The notes under the pieces: model-generated
The model's input: only the letters and a program-made list of their open reading frames with translations
What the model was told of the DNA's origin: nothing
The model's database searches: none
Shown here: positions 39,928-49,684 of the stretch, in pieces
How positions within the stretch are numbered: the first letter of the stretch is position 1
Layout of the letters: each line of letters opens with the position of its first letter
Origin: an uncultured Spirochaetota bacterium
GTDB taxonomy: Bacteria > Spirochaetota > Spirochaetia > SZUA-6 > Fen-1364
DNA: 64,000 bases
Assembly: GCA_963820525.1 (NCBI GenBank)
Contig: CAWGAA010000001.1
Location: forward strand, 832,001-896,000
Direction of reading: 5' to 3'
Made by a program: the position numbers and the translations under genes

Positions 39928-41586
39928 CTATTTTTCCTGAAGGGCAACCGCCCCGGTCCATTCGGGGGGAGGCGGGGTCTCGAGGAAGGCGGCGCACCTG
40001 CTGATGAACATTTCGGAGATGATGTCCCCGGGTATGATTCTCTTGACCTGGCGGAATCCATCCGAAGCCGCCTTGAAGTCGCGATCGTAGTACAGCGCGA
40101 GGGCCTCCTCGTGGAGCCTCCACGCCTCGGTCTCCACCGTGTTGAGCTCGCGCACGGGAGTGTAGATCCCGATCTCGTTGGTTTTTCCCTTGACCACGAC
40201 TTTGTCGATCTTTCTGCAGGGAAACTTCCCCTGCAGGTACCTCACCACGGCTTCCGAGACGATCATCTCCTGCTTGTAAACCTTGGTCAGGCCTTCCAGC
40301 CGAGAGGCCACGTTCACCATGTCGCCGATCACGGTGTAGTCCATCTTGCGTTCCGAGCCGATGTTTCCCACCGTGACCACGCCATAGTTGATGCCGATGC
40401 CCACCTTGAAGGTGGGACGCCCGCGCGCGGCCTGCTGCTCGTTGAAGGAGCTAAGCGCCTCCTGCATCTCCAGCCCCGAGACCACGGACTGGTATGCATC
40501 GTCGTCGTAATGGACCGGCGCCCCGAAGAATGCCATGATGCAGTCTCCGATGTACTTGTCCACGATCCCCTTGTGCTTGACAATGATCTCCACCATGTTC
40601 CCGAAATACGTGTTGAGCGACTCGACCACCTCCTGCGGCAGCATATGCTCGGAAATCCCCGTAAATCCGCGGATATCAGAGAAAAGCACGGCAAGAACGC
40701 GCTCCTGCCCCACAAGCATGGACTCCGGGTTGGCGAAGAACTCCTCGATCACCGCCTTGGGCACGTACTTCTGGAAGATGTTTCGGATCTTCTGCTCCCG
40801 ATGCTGGGCGATTACCGCCTTCAGGGCGTAGCCCTTGATCTGGCGGTATGCCTTGTCCAGCTCCTCCGTCATCAGGTTGAAGCTGTGCCCCAGCTCACCC
40901 GTTTCATCCCGGTAGAGGATCTCCACGCGCCGCGAAAGGTCGTTTGTCGTGATGATCTGCCGCATCGCGGATGCGATGATGCGAAGGGGCTGGGTAATGT
41001 AGTAGGAGAAGACGAGCAGGAGCAAAACGGCGATAACGAGGGAAATCGACAGGATCAGGCCGGTCTGCCAGAAGATCTCCGACGTGGTCTGGTAGAATGT
41101 ATCCCGCTTCTCGGTGACGAAGATATACCACCCGAAGGGCTCGAAGCGCGCGGTCTGGGCCATCCGGTCAACGCCGGCGGCGCGGACCTGCACCCAGCCC
41201 GACGTCGATGAGGCGCTCAGTCGGCCGAGCGCCTCCCTCTCCCCGGCGTCCAGGGAAAGCTCGCTCGTGCTCATGACGACGTTTCCCTGGCGGTCCAGGG
41301 CGAGGATCAGCTCCGAATCGCTCCTGATGAGGCTCCGGGCGTAAGAGGTGACCGCAGACTTTGTCGCATCCACGAAATCGGCGTTTCCCGCCATGTTGTT
41401 CTGCACGAGCAGGGACCACTGGCTGTTGGCGTAGTTCAGAACGTCGTCCATCTTGAAGCGGAGAAAGCTCGTGGCGATGCGGGTGATGCCGTTCCGCGCG
41501 GACAACGCCGAGATGAAGCCGGTGACGAGGAGGGGGGCGATGATCAGGGGAAGCACGATCAGTACGACTTTGGCTCGTATGCTCAT
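39928..41586 (-). CDS. Membrane class III adenylate cyclase with periplasmic sensor and HAMP domain
   Basis: FSDIRGFT, DKYIGD and DYTVIGDMVNVASRLE (Lys/Asp indicate ATP specificity); HAMP motif DETGEL. Confidence 0.92.
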   Translation of the reverse strand: MSIRAKVVLIVLPLIIAPLLVTGFISALSARNGITRIATSFLRFKMDDVLNYANSQWSLLVQNNMAGNADFVDATKSAVTSYARSLIRSDSELILALDRQGNVVMSTSELSLDAGEREALGRLSASSTSGWVQVRAAGVDRMAQTARFEPFGWYIFVTEKRDTFYQTTSEIFWQTGLILSISLVIAVLLLLVFSYYITQPLRIIASAMRQIITTNDLSRRVEILYRDETGELGHSFNLMTEELDKAYRQIKGYALKAVIAQHREQKIRNIFQKYVPKAVIEEFFANPESMLVGQERVLAVLFSDIRGFTGISEHMLPQEVVESLNTYFGNMVEIIVKHKGIVDKYIGDCIMAFFGAPVHYDDDAYQSVVSGLEMQEALSSFNEQQAARGRPTFKVGIGINYGVVTVGNIGSERKMDYTVIGDMVNVASRLEGLTKVYKQEMIVSEAVVRYLQGKFPCRKIDKVVVKGKTNEIGIYTPVRELNTVETEAWRLHEEALALYYDRDFKAASDGFRQVKRIIPGDIISEMFISRCAAFLETPPPPEWTGAVALQEK

Positions 41587-41719
41587 CGTGGAACCAACTC
41601 TACAATAGCATTTCCCGGCGGTCAATCGTTGGAGTGTCCGCGGCCGGCGAGGGAAAGCTCAAGGCCGCTCTTGCCTCCATCGTGAAATAAATGCGAGAAT
41701 GTATATACTCTAGAGGGAG

Positions 41720-43717
41720 TTGGAGTTTCGCGGCGCCGCCGCCGATGAGAAAAGGGCAAGGCGAGGGTCACGATTGTACGGTCTGTATCGAAAAGCGCTC
41801 GAGATCTACAAGAATCAGTCTCACCTCAGGCTCGTTCGACCGGACGAGCTGGAAGAGGAGCGTCCCGAGGGCGCGCAGGAGCCCGACGAGATCTCCATTT
41901 CGCCCGAGGAAAAGGAAAAGATCGTTGCGCGGATCGACAGGATCATGGAGCGGAGCAGGATCGAGATCTCGCCCGAAACCCTGGCATATACCCCGAAGCG
42001 AAGCGGCGCAATCCTTCCCCTGATCTCGAACATTTCGCTCTTCGCGGCGGTCGTCGTGGTCGTGGTTGTCACGGGGAGCTTTCTCAACCGTCGTGAGCAG
42101 TCTATGGCGAGCGGTCAAGAGACGATCCTGACAGCGGAGAGCAAGCTGATCGCGGCCTTGAAGCAGGAATCCGCCCAACAGCTCCAGCAGAAGGACCGCG
42201 CCATCGTCGAGATCCAGCAGAAGCTTCAGACCATCAGCAAGGAGCGGGAGCAGCTTCGAAGCCAGACGGATTCCCAGATCCAGGCCAGGGCAAAGGAGCT
42301 CACCGCGGATCTCGAGCGGCAGCTTGCGGAGGAAAAGAATCGCCTCGAGGCCCAGGGAGTGAGCGCCGCCGAGGCGAAAAACCGCCTGTCACAGTTCGAG
42401 CAGACGGCCAGACAAAAATACGCGGACGATCTGGCGGCAGCGCGCCGCCAGGCGGAAGCTGCGCTGGCCGACAAGGAGCGGCAGATCTCATCGCTTTCCG
42501 CACAGTACGACCGGCAGCTGGCCGCCGCTCAAGCGGACAGGGTGAAGCTCCAAGAGGAGCTCGCGCAGAAGGAAGCACAGCTCCAGAGCCAGTACCAGCA
42601 GCGCGCGCAGGCGCTGGAGAGCGAGCGCGCGAAAGCGACGAGCGAGCTGGATCGGGTGCGCAGGCAGCAGGAGGAAGAGAACCTCGTTCTCGACCAGATC
42701 ACCTCAGGCTACCTGAGCGTGAACCGCGCCCTTTCGGCATCGGACTACGCCCTTGCGGCGAAGAACCTCGATGCCCTGAAGCAGCTCCTCGACCAGCCCG
42801 CGGTAGCCCTCATCCCCGCCGTTTCGAAAAGGCGCTCCGTGGAGCTCTTCCTCATCGGGTCACTCGATGAGCTCATCAGGGCGCGCGCGACGAGTTCACC
42901 TCAGACCGCTCCCGCGCCCGCCGAGACCTCTATCCAGCTTCAAAGCGTATCGAACCTCGTCGAGCGCGGCGACAGGCTCTCCCAGGCCGGGGACCTCGCC
43001 GCCGCGAGAGAGGCATATCTTTCCGCGCTGGGAATGATTCCCGCAATCAGCCATGGGTATGGAAAAATCGAAGAGATCAGAAAGACCCTCGAAGAGGGGA
43101 GCGACAAAAGGGCCCTGGAAGGCATCAAGCAGGGGAACTCGTTCCTGCAGGCCGGAAACTTCCTCAGCGCCTTGGATCGCTATCGGGCTTCCCTGAGCCT
43201 TCTCGTGAAAGACGAGGGGATCTCGCGCCAGCTCACGGACAACATCATGAACATCGGCTACAAAATACTGGCGGCCGATGAGCTTGCCCAGCTGAAACAG
43301 CTTCGTTCCGACGCTCAGAGGCGGCAGGCCGTGCTCTCCCGGATCCGCGAGCTCAAGGACCGCTCTGGCGCCGCTTCACGGCCAACGACGGCCCCCACGG
43401 CTCTCCAGACCCCCTCCCCCGAATCCCTGGCCGCCCTCCTTCAGGCCAAGATAACGGTGCGCCTCCTCCTCGATTCAGAGCCCCTCAAGTCCCAGTACCC
43501 CGGATTGGGAACGACGCTGGATCAGTATTTCTCCGCGCTAGCCACTCAGAGCCAGGCGGATGGCCGCGGCGAGGTACTCAAGGACGTGAACTCGCTCCTG
43601 GACGCGCTGGCATCGAGCCGGAAGCCGGCGAACGCCGAGCTGGCAAAGTACATGTCCTCAAGCCAGGCCGACCCGCTTGCATCGATGCTCGAACGGCTGC
43701 AGGCACTGCTGCAATAG
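41720..43717 (+). CDS. Single-TM long coiled-coil/TPR-like protein
   Basis: One TM segment, a Q/E/A/R-rich heptad region and TPR-like helices; start uncertain. Confidence 0.75.
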   Translation: MEFRGAAADEKRARRGSRLYGLYRKALEIYKNQSHLRLVRPDELEEERPEGAQEPDEISISPEEKEKIVARIDRIMERSRIEISPETLAYTPKRSGAILPLISNISLFAAVVVVVVVTGSFLNRREQSMASGQETILTAESKLIAALKQESAQQLQQKDRAIVEIQQKLQTISKEREQLRSQTDSQIQARAKELTADLERQLAEEKNRLEAQGVSAAEAKNRLSQFEQTARQKYADDLAAARRQAEAALADKERQISSLSAQYDRQLAAAQADRVKLQEELAQKEAQLQSQYQQRAQALESERAKATSELDRVRRQQEEENLVLDQITSGYLSVNRALSASDYALAAKNLDALKQLLDQPAVALIPAVSKRRSVELFLIGSLDELIRARATSSPQTAPAPAETSIQLQSVSNLVERGDRLSQAGDLAAAREAYLSALGMIPAISHGYGKIEEIRKTLEEGSDKRALEGIKQGNSFLQAGNFLSALDRYRASLSLLVKDEGISRQLTDNIMNIGYKILAADELAQLKQLRSDAQRRQAVLSRIRELKDRSGAASRPTTAPTALQTPSPESLAALLQAKITVRLLLDSEPLKSQYPGLGTTLDQYFSALATQSQADGRGEVLKDVNSLLDALASSRKPANAELAKYMSSSQADPLASMLERLQALLQ

Positions 43718-43733
43718 CGCGAGTGACACGACA

Positions 43734-45188
43734 TCAATTGGCTGAAATCGTCAGGGCATAATTGCCGACATTCACCAAGCTGGAGTTGTTGATATCTATC
43801 CACTGCTGCGTGGCAAGAGGCGGCCCTTGCCAGACCAGGATGGCCGAGGTTCCGCCCGTGACGCTTGCCGTTCCCTGGAACACGTTCGCAGCCGTCATGG
43901 ACCGAAGCATGACGTTCTGAGCGCCGATCCACACCATCGAAAAAGTAATACCGATTGCGGTTCCTGTGTTGAAGGCAATAACGTCATCGCTCTCCGACCC
44001 TGTCAGAGTGCCGGTGACCTGGATGCTCATGCCGGGCTGGAGCGTGACCCCGGTGTCGAATGGGTTGCTCAGAGCCAGTATATCATCATGCAATCCGGCG
44101 CTTTCATCGAATATCCCCACGGCCTGGGAAACGGAGAAGTTTGTGTTGTTCGCTGTTGCCGTTTCGTCGGCGGCGCTCACCGTGACCATGAGACAATAGT
44201 TGCCGAAACGCAGGGGCCAGCTTCCGTTGACTGCGATGGGTGCGGATGAAGCTCCCGCCGCCAAGGGCCCTGTAATGCCGGAGGCAACGAATGTGTCATC
44301 GGATCCAAGAGTTCCGTCAATTGAAGCGAAGGCGGTCCAGGAGACCGGCTGCGAGCCGGCTTGCGCGCTCCCCGAGTTCTGCAAGGTGAAGCTTCCGGTG
44401 ACAGGGCCTCCTACCGAAGTTCCGCCGCCGGTGATGTTTACCGTTGCCACCGTGTAATCCGGGGCGGATGCTGTAAAAGCGATCGAAGGGCCGGAATAGA
44501 TGTTGTCACCAGGGTTCAGGTCATCGCCTGCAGATATCATGACATACGCGTACTGCGTTCCGACTGCCAGCGGCCAGTTCCCTGTCGGGGTGATTGTTGC
44601 GGTAATACCCGCGCCGAGCTGCGTCGATGTTCCTTGGGCGAGAACCGTCGCGCCGCTTGTCAAAGTTGCGCTTGCCGAAAGGAAGACCCACCACGAGATC
44701 TGCCGAGTGCCGGCGGCGGTGCCGTGGTTTCGGATGGTGAAGTCGCATCCGCTGATGGCGGTGCCTCCCACCGCGTTTGCGGGAAATGTCGATGCGCTCA
44801 CGTCGTAGTCCACATTTGTGACAGCGCTGATCACGTTCACCGTGGCGCTGCTCGTGGCTGCCGACGCGTCCTGCACCTGGATGACATCCACGGTGCCGAC
44901 CGTAGATCCCGCGGTATACAGGCCGCTTGAGGGATCAACCGCGGGACTTCCCGAGCCGGCGGCGGTGATTGAAAAGACGTAGGGCGGCACCCCCCCGTGA
45001 GCGACGAACGTTACGCCCCCATTCACGTTCAGGCTGACGGACGGCGGGCTGATCACGAGCGGATCTATCTTGTTTCCCAGGAGTGAATAGAAGTTGAAGT
45101 TTTCGCAGCCGGACAGAATGAGAAGACCGGCCATGATGAGCGGCCGGAGATGGCGGCCGCCGCTTCGTTTCATCAATGCGCTCCTCAT
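43734..45188 (-). CDS. Surface lipoprotein with Ig-like/CARDB-type repeats
   Basis: Lipobox ILSGC; two repeats of DY.V...FT(I/L).N.G...W..F.S; T/S/G/A-rich. Confidence 0.78.
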   Translation of the reverse strand: MRSALMKRSGGRHLRPLIMAGLLILSGCENFNFYSLLGNKIDPLVISPPSVSLNVNGGVTFVAHGGVPPYVFSITAAGSGSPAVDPSSGLYTAGSTVGTVDVIQVQDASAATSSATVNVISAVTNVDYDVSASTFPANAVGGTAISGCDFTIRNHGTAAGTRQISWWVFLSASATLTSGATVLAQGTSTQLGAGITATITPTGNWPLAVGTQYAYVMISAGDDLNPGDNIYSGPSIAFTASAPDYTVATVNITGGGTSVGGPVTGSFTLQNSGSAQAGSQPVSWTAFASIDGTLGSDDTFVASGITGPLAAGASSAPIAVNGSWPLRFGNYCLMVTVSAADETATANNTNFSVSQAVGIFDESAGLHDDILALSNPFDTGVTLQPGMSIQVTGTLTGSESDDVIAFNTGTAIGITFSMVWIGAQNVMLRSMTAANVFQGTASVTGGTSAILVWQGPPLATQQWIDINNSSLVNVGNYALTISAN

Positions 45189-46300
45189 GGTCTCACCGTC
45201 ACGCCCAGGGAGGGAGAGACGCCCATTATCATGTAGGGCATCTCGAAGTACACCTCATAGTCTACCCCCAGGCCAATTGACAATCCAGGAAGAACGAGAA
45301 GCTCGGTCCCGATGCCGATGGCCGCATACGGCAGGATTTTCATGTAGGACCCGTGGATCTGCGTCGCCATGACGATAAGGGCGGGACCTCCCGTCAGGTG
45401 GATGAACGGTATCAAGGGCGCACGCAGGTCCAGCTCGTAGCGGAGATCGAGTCCCAATGGGATGAAGAAGTTGTTGGAGGCTTCTACTGCCCCCTGCGCG
45501 CGAAAGTAATCCATGAGGCCGTAGAGGCCGATTCCAATCCTCGCATCCGACGTGCTGAAAAGGTAGCTGCCGAGTACCGACGGCCGGTACCCGACGGTAA
45601 AATAGGAGGCGGATGCGCCGATTGGCAGGAATGTGGCGAATCCGCTGGAAAAAAGGAGGCCGGACCCGGCCGGGGGGCTCACCTGAGGCAACGCCGCGGC
45701 CTTCGGCGGCTGGGCAGCGGCGGCCTTTTCGGCCGCGGGAGAATTCGAGGAGGAGTCCTCCAGCGGCGTATCTGCGGGCCTGGTGTCCTTTGCGAGTGAT
45801 GCCCTCTTGGCGGCAAGCTCCGAGACCCTGTCACCAACCTGGCCCAACAGATCGTCGATTGCCTGCAAAACAAGGGTGTCGAACTGCAGGTCCCCCTGCC
45901 CCACCTTTTGCGCAGATGCGGTCAAGACGCCCGTCTTGGCTTCGAACCATTGCAGGGAAACAGATATATCCGGGCCGGCCAGTACGTAGCGGCAGATGAG
46001 GGCTATCGATGCTCGGGCGCCCACCGCTTTGGATACCAGGTCCTTGTCATTCAATCCGGCCCGAGCCACCGAAGGATCTTTGATGAAGGCTATCTCAAGT
46101 CCACGTCGTTCTAGGCCATACTTCACGACATCGGCCACGACCTGCCGAAACGCCTCTCCGCGGGTATCCATGGGGATCACGATAGCCTGGACATCTGCCG
46201 TCGGCTGTGCCGCCTGCCCTTCCACGGCCCAGAGCGATACACCCTGGAAGATTGAAAAGGACGCCACTAGAGCGAGCACGGCAATGCGTCGTATGGACAT
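45185..46300 (-). CDS. Exported protein with probable C-terminal outer-membrane beta-barrel
   Basis: Signal peptide, alpha/beta N-domain, P/A-rich linker and amphipathic beta-strands; ATGA overlap with the lipoprotein gene. Confidence 0.65.
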   Translation of the reverse strand: MSIRRIAVLALVASFSIFQGVSLWAVEGQAAQPTADVQAIVIPMDTRGEAFRQVVADVVKYGLERRGLEIAFIKDPSVARAGLNDKDLVSKAVGARASIALICRYVLAGPDISVSLQWFEAKTGVLTASAQKVGQGDLQFDTLVLQAIDDLLGQVGDRVSELAAKRASLAKDTRPADTPLEDSSSNSPAAEKAAAAQPPKAAALPQVSPPAGSGLLFSSGFATFLPIGASASYFTVGYRPSVLGSYLFSTSDARIGIGLYGLMDYFRAQGAVEASNNFFIPLGLDLRYELDLRAPLIPFIHLTGGPALIVMATQIHGSYMKILPYAAIGIGTELLVLPGLSIGLGVDYEVYFEMPYMIMGVSPSLGVTVRP

Positions 46301-46413
46301 TCTCATGGTGCGTTTCCCGAATCCACGTATGCGAAAGTATATCACGCCCGAGCAGGCGCAACGGGACATCGTAGCTTATTGCGAGGCGATCATCAAGGAT
46401 TCGGCCGGGCCCG

Positions 46414-46552
46414 CTACTCGAACCGCCCGCAATAGCGCTCCACCCTTTCCGCGATTTGGAAAAGCTCGGGTGTCACTTCCAAGGTCTGCTGGAAGAGAGC
46501 GCGAAGATCATTGGAGGTTCTCCTGCAAAATGCGAAGCGCATCTGCCTTCAT
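46414..46552 (-). pseudogene. HEPN-type toxin remnant with a large internal deletion
   Basis: MKADALRILQENL start overlaps the MNT stop (ATGA) and is joined out of frame to NDLRALFQQTLEVTPELFQIAERVERYCGRFE*. Confidence 0.65.
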
Positions 46553-46836
46553 TGGAGCGGCACTCCCGATCTTCTCGCCAGTTTCACAAGGGGCGTATCG
46601 GTCTCACCCATAGAGATGAGAATGTCGATTCTCTGTTCTCCTATCGCATCGCATATGCTTCTTCTGATCAACCTCTTCTCCTCGAGGCCGATTGAGTCGG
46701 AGATTACAAGCAGGTCGATATCCCCTCCCCTCTTGGCATCGTCCGTGCGGGAACCAAAAAGAAAAATCCTGGCTCGAGGATCGAACCGCCGAACCGCCGT
46801 CAGGATGACCTTTTTTTCGCTATCGGAGAGCCTCAC
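46549..46836 (-). CDS. Minimal nucleotidyltransferase (MNT antitoxin-like)
   Basis: LFGSRTDDAKRGGDIDLLV and RIDIL motifs; 95 aa. Confidence 0.9.
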   Translation of the reverse strand: MRLSDSEKKVILTAVRRFDPRARIFLFGSRTDDAKRGGDIDLLVISDSIGLEEKRLIRRSICDAIGEQRIDILISMGETDTPLVKLARRSGVPLQ

Positions 46837-46842
46837 AAACTC

Positions 46843-46871
46843 ATGGTATGGCTATCCCCATTCCCGGTCAA
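46843..46871 (-). promoter_or_regulatory. Sigma70 promoter of the MNT gene, likely leaderless
   Basis: TTGACC-17 nt-TACCAT, then 6 nt to the GTG start. Confidence 0.6.
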
Positions 46872-46921
46872 GCTCTCGCGGACTCTTCCTCATTCGCTGC
46901 CGGATGATGTACAATGGTAAT

Positions 46922-48922
46922 ATGCTACGGGATAATGTCTCATACCCGATTCTTCAACATCCCTCGATCCTGCTCTTGGAGGTGGATATATCCGAGCTCA
47001 CAGCGGGCCTTGACAGGCTGAAATCAGAAGGCGTCTTGGATTGTTCAAAGTACCTGGATCTTCATCCGCAATTCATAGCAGAAGCTGTTCATAACATCCG
47101 GATTGTCGATGCCAATGACGCAACCCTCCGGCTCTTCGGCGCGGAGCGCATGGAGCAGCTCTTGGGCCCCCTGGACGCGATTCTGGATCCCGGCGCGATA
47201 GCCTACTTCAAAGACCTCATTATTTCACTTTTCGGGGGCCGCAGGTTTCACAAGATGGAGATCGCAGTGCGAACCCTCCAAGGCAAGAATCTTGACGTCC
47301 TTGCAAGCTCCTCTATCCCTGCAGAAGACGGCTCATCGGCACACATGCTGGTGCACGTTATCGACATCAGCGAGCGAAAAGGCGCAGAGATGGCTTTGCT
47401 GGAGGAGAAATTGTTCTCCGATGCCGTCATCGCCAGCGCGCCGGGGATTTTCTTCGTTATCGATGAGCAGGGGCATTTTGTCAGGTGGAACAGGAACGAG
47501 GAAGAGGTGACGGGATACTCCAGGGACGAGCTGCTGAAGGTGCACGCGCTGGATACGATCGCCCCCGAAGACAGGGCCTCGGTAGCGGAAGGAATGAGGG
47601 AAGTCTTTGAAAAAGGCAGCACTGCCCGGGAAATTCGCGGCCTGGGCAAGGCGGGCAATACGCGTCTCACCCTGCTCTCAGGTGTGCGAGCCGAGATCGG
47701 GGGAAGGAAATACATCGTCGGGATGGGAAGCGATCTCACCGAGCGTACCCGCGCCGAAGAGGAGAGGAGGTCTCTCAGCGAGCAGCTCGCCCAGGCTCAA
47801 AAGATGGAATCCATCGGGCGGCTGGCCGGCGGCATCGCTCACGACTTCAACAATCTCCTCACCGGAATCATGGGCAACATCTCCCTCGTCCTTTCAGACC
47901 TCGACTCACGCGATGCCCGCTATCCTGCCCTTGCCGACGCCGAAAAAGCCGCCCAGAGCGCCAGAGAGCTGACGCGGCAGCTCCTTGCCTTCTCGCGCAA
48001 GGATATCGTCGAGCCGAAGGTGACCGATCTGAACGCCTTGATAGAAGGCATGCTGCGTATGCTGGAACGGATTATCGGCGCGGGCATCGAGCTTCGCGCG
48101 ATTACACAGCCGGACCTCTGGAACGTGAGGGTGGATCAAGGCCAAGTGAACCAGATCATCGTGAACCTGGTGGTGAACGCCCGCGACGCGATGCCCCACG
48201 GGGGGCGGCTGACCATCGAGACGAGGAACGTCACGCTTGTCGGGGGGGGACACGGCGCGCGGGCCATGGCGGAGCCGGGAAATTACGTCATGCTGGAAGT
48301 GAGCGATACGGGTACCGGTATGACGGATGAGGTGAAAAGCCACATCTTCGAGCCGTTCTTCACGACGAAGGAGAGGGGGAAAGGCACGGGGTTGGGTTTG
48401 GCGATGGTGTACGGGGCCGTTCGGCAGAATTGCGGGATAATCGAGGCGGATTCCGAGGTGGGACGCGGGGCGGCATTCCGGATGCTGTTCCCGCGCGTCA
48501 ATGAAGAGGTTGAGGCGATTACACAAAGAGCCGCAAGCGATGAAGTTGTCGGGGGAACGGAAACCATCCTGCTGGTCGAGGACGAACCCCTGGTGAACAG
48601 CCTCGCCGCCCGGCTCCTGACAAAGCTCGGCTACACGGTGATCTCGTGCCCGGACTGGAGGAAAGCCCTGGCTGCTTCACGCGCGTATGACGGCCGGATT
48701 CAGCTCCTTATCACGGACACGGTCATGCCGGGGATGAGCGGTAAGATGCTCGCGGCCGAGCTCCTGCGGGAGCGGCCGGAAATGCGAGTCCTTTTCACCT
48801 CAGGGTATCCCGAGGAGCTGGTCGGCGAAAATGGAATGCGCGAAGGCGGCTTCGCCTTTATCGGCAAGCCGTTCACGATCCAGGCTCTGGGGCAGAAGGT
48901 GCGAGAGGTCTTGGAGAGCTGA
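46922..48922 (+). CDS. PAS-domain hybrid histidine kinase/response regulator
   Basis: Two PAS domains, [16 protein letters not shown] and REC motif LITDTVMP; the ORF-track N-terminal extension overlaps the MNT gene and is rejected. Confidence 0.92.
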   Translation: MLRDNVSYPILQHPSILLLEVDISELTAGLDRLKSEGVLDCSKYLDLHPQFIAEAVHNIRIVDANDATLRLFGAERMEQLLGPLDAILDPGAIAYFKDLIISLFGGRRFHKMEIAVRTLQGKNLDVLASSSIPAEDGSSAHMLVHVIDISERKGAEMALLEEKLFSDAVIASAPGIFFVIDEQGHFVRWNRNEEEVTGYSRDELLKVHALDTIAPEDRASVAEGMREVFEKGSTAREIRGLGKAGNTRLTLLSGVRAEIGGRKYIVGMGSDLTERTRAEEERRSLSEQLAQAQKMESIGRLAGGIAHDFNNLLTGIMGNISLVLSDLDSRDARYPALADAEKAAQSARELTRQLLAFSRKDIVEPKVTDLNALIEGMLRMLERIIGAGIELRAITQPDLWNVRVDQGQVNQIIVNLVVNARDAMPHGGRLTIETRNVTLVGGGHGARAMAEPGNYVMLEVSDTGTGMTDEVKSHIFEPFFTTKERGKGTGLGLAMVYGAVRQNCGIIEADSEVGRGAAFRMLFPRVNEEVEAITQRAASDEVVGGTETILLVEDEPLVNSLAARLLTKLGYTVISCPDWRKALAASRAYDGRIQLLITDTVMPGMSGKMLAAELLRERPEMRVLFTSGYPEELVGENGMREGGFAFIGKPFTIQALGQKVREVLES

Positions 48923-48932
48923 GTAATTCCGC

Positions 48933-49361
48933 TCAGCTTTTTTCTCCCAATATGCTTGCGCTTAGATATTGGATAGGATCAGTAACAAGCAGTCGTCCTT
49001 TGGGATAATCTCTGATATTTCTCGTAATAAGTGTGTTTATGCCATTCTGGATTGCGCAATGAAACTGGATGCTGTCCTCGAAATCCTTGTGCGGGGATGA
49101 AAGAGCGGCATCCACCGTGGATTCGTTTATGGGAGCTATGGCTACCAGCTTCCGGAGTCTCCGCACTTTATCAATTGCGTATTGTCGACTCTCAACCTTG
49201 GCAAGAATATAATAGACGTTTGCCACAACCAGTGCCGAGGTGTAGCATTTCGTTTTGCTTCGCTTCAATTGGGTAAAAAGCCGCAGAGCCAGATTGTGAT
49301 GCGGTTGACGTTGCACATAGAAGTCAAGCACCACGTCCGCATCAAGAAATACCCTATTCAT
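48933..49361 (-). CDS. PIN-domain (VapC-like) toxin
   Basis: VFLDADVVLD, DFEDSIQ and ITRNIRDY motifs. Confidence 0.9.
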   Translation of the reverse strand: MNRVFLDADVVLDFYVQRQPHHNLALRLFTQLKRSKTKCYTSALVVANVYYILAKVESRQYAIDKVRRLRKLVAIAPINESTVDAALSSPHKDFEDSIQFHCAIQNGINTLITRNIRDYPKGRLLVTDPIQYLSASILGEKS

Positions 49362-49605
49362 GCAGGTACTTATCTTTCAGATAGCGGTATTTCGGTTCCT
49401 TTAGATTAGGGATCTTTTCCACAGGGATCTGACCGGACGCCTCAAATACTTCCGGATCAATTTCCGGCAACTCGGCTTCCTGGCTCGAGATGAAATTCAG
49501 ATAGTTTGTTACGATTTCGGAGAGGCTCTTCTTGTGGGTCCGAGCATAATGCTTAGCCCTCTGAACGATCCGCTTTTCGACGCTCAGCGTAAGTTTTGTG
49601 GTCAT
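49354..49605 (-). CDS. Antitoxin (DUF6364/RHH-like)
   Basis: MTTKLTLS...AKHYA...SLSEIVTNYL and YLKDKY; overlaps the PIN gene. Confidence 0.85.
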   Translation of the reverse strand: MTTKLTLSVEKRIVQRAKHYARTHKKSLSEIVTNYLNFISSQEAELPEIDPEVFEASGQIPVEKIPNLKEPKYRYLKDKYLHE

Positions 49606-49684
49606 TGCCTTCTCCCATACGTATATGTGTACTGCCTTTTGTACGTATCGTCAAGAGTACCGTCCAGTAGGCTGAATGGGCCGC

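Noticed and set aside
46511..46921. N-terminal extension of the PAS kinase (803-aa ORF)
   Set aside because: It is antisense to the MNT gene; the start at 46922 is better supported.
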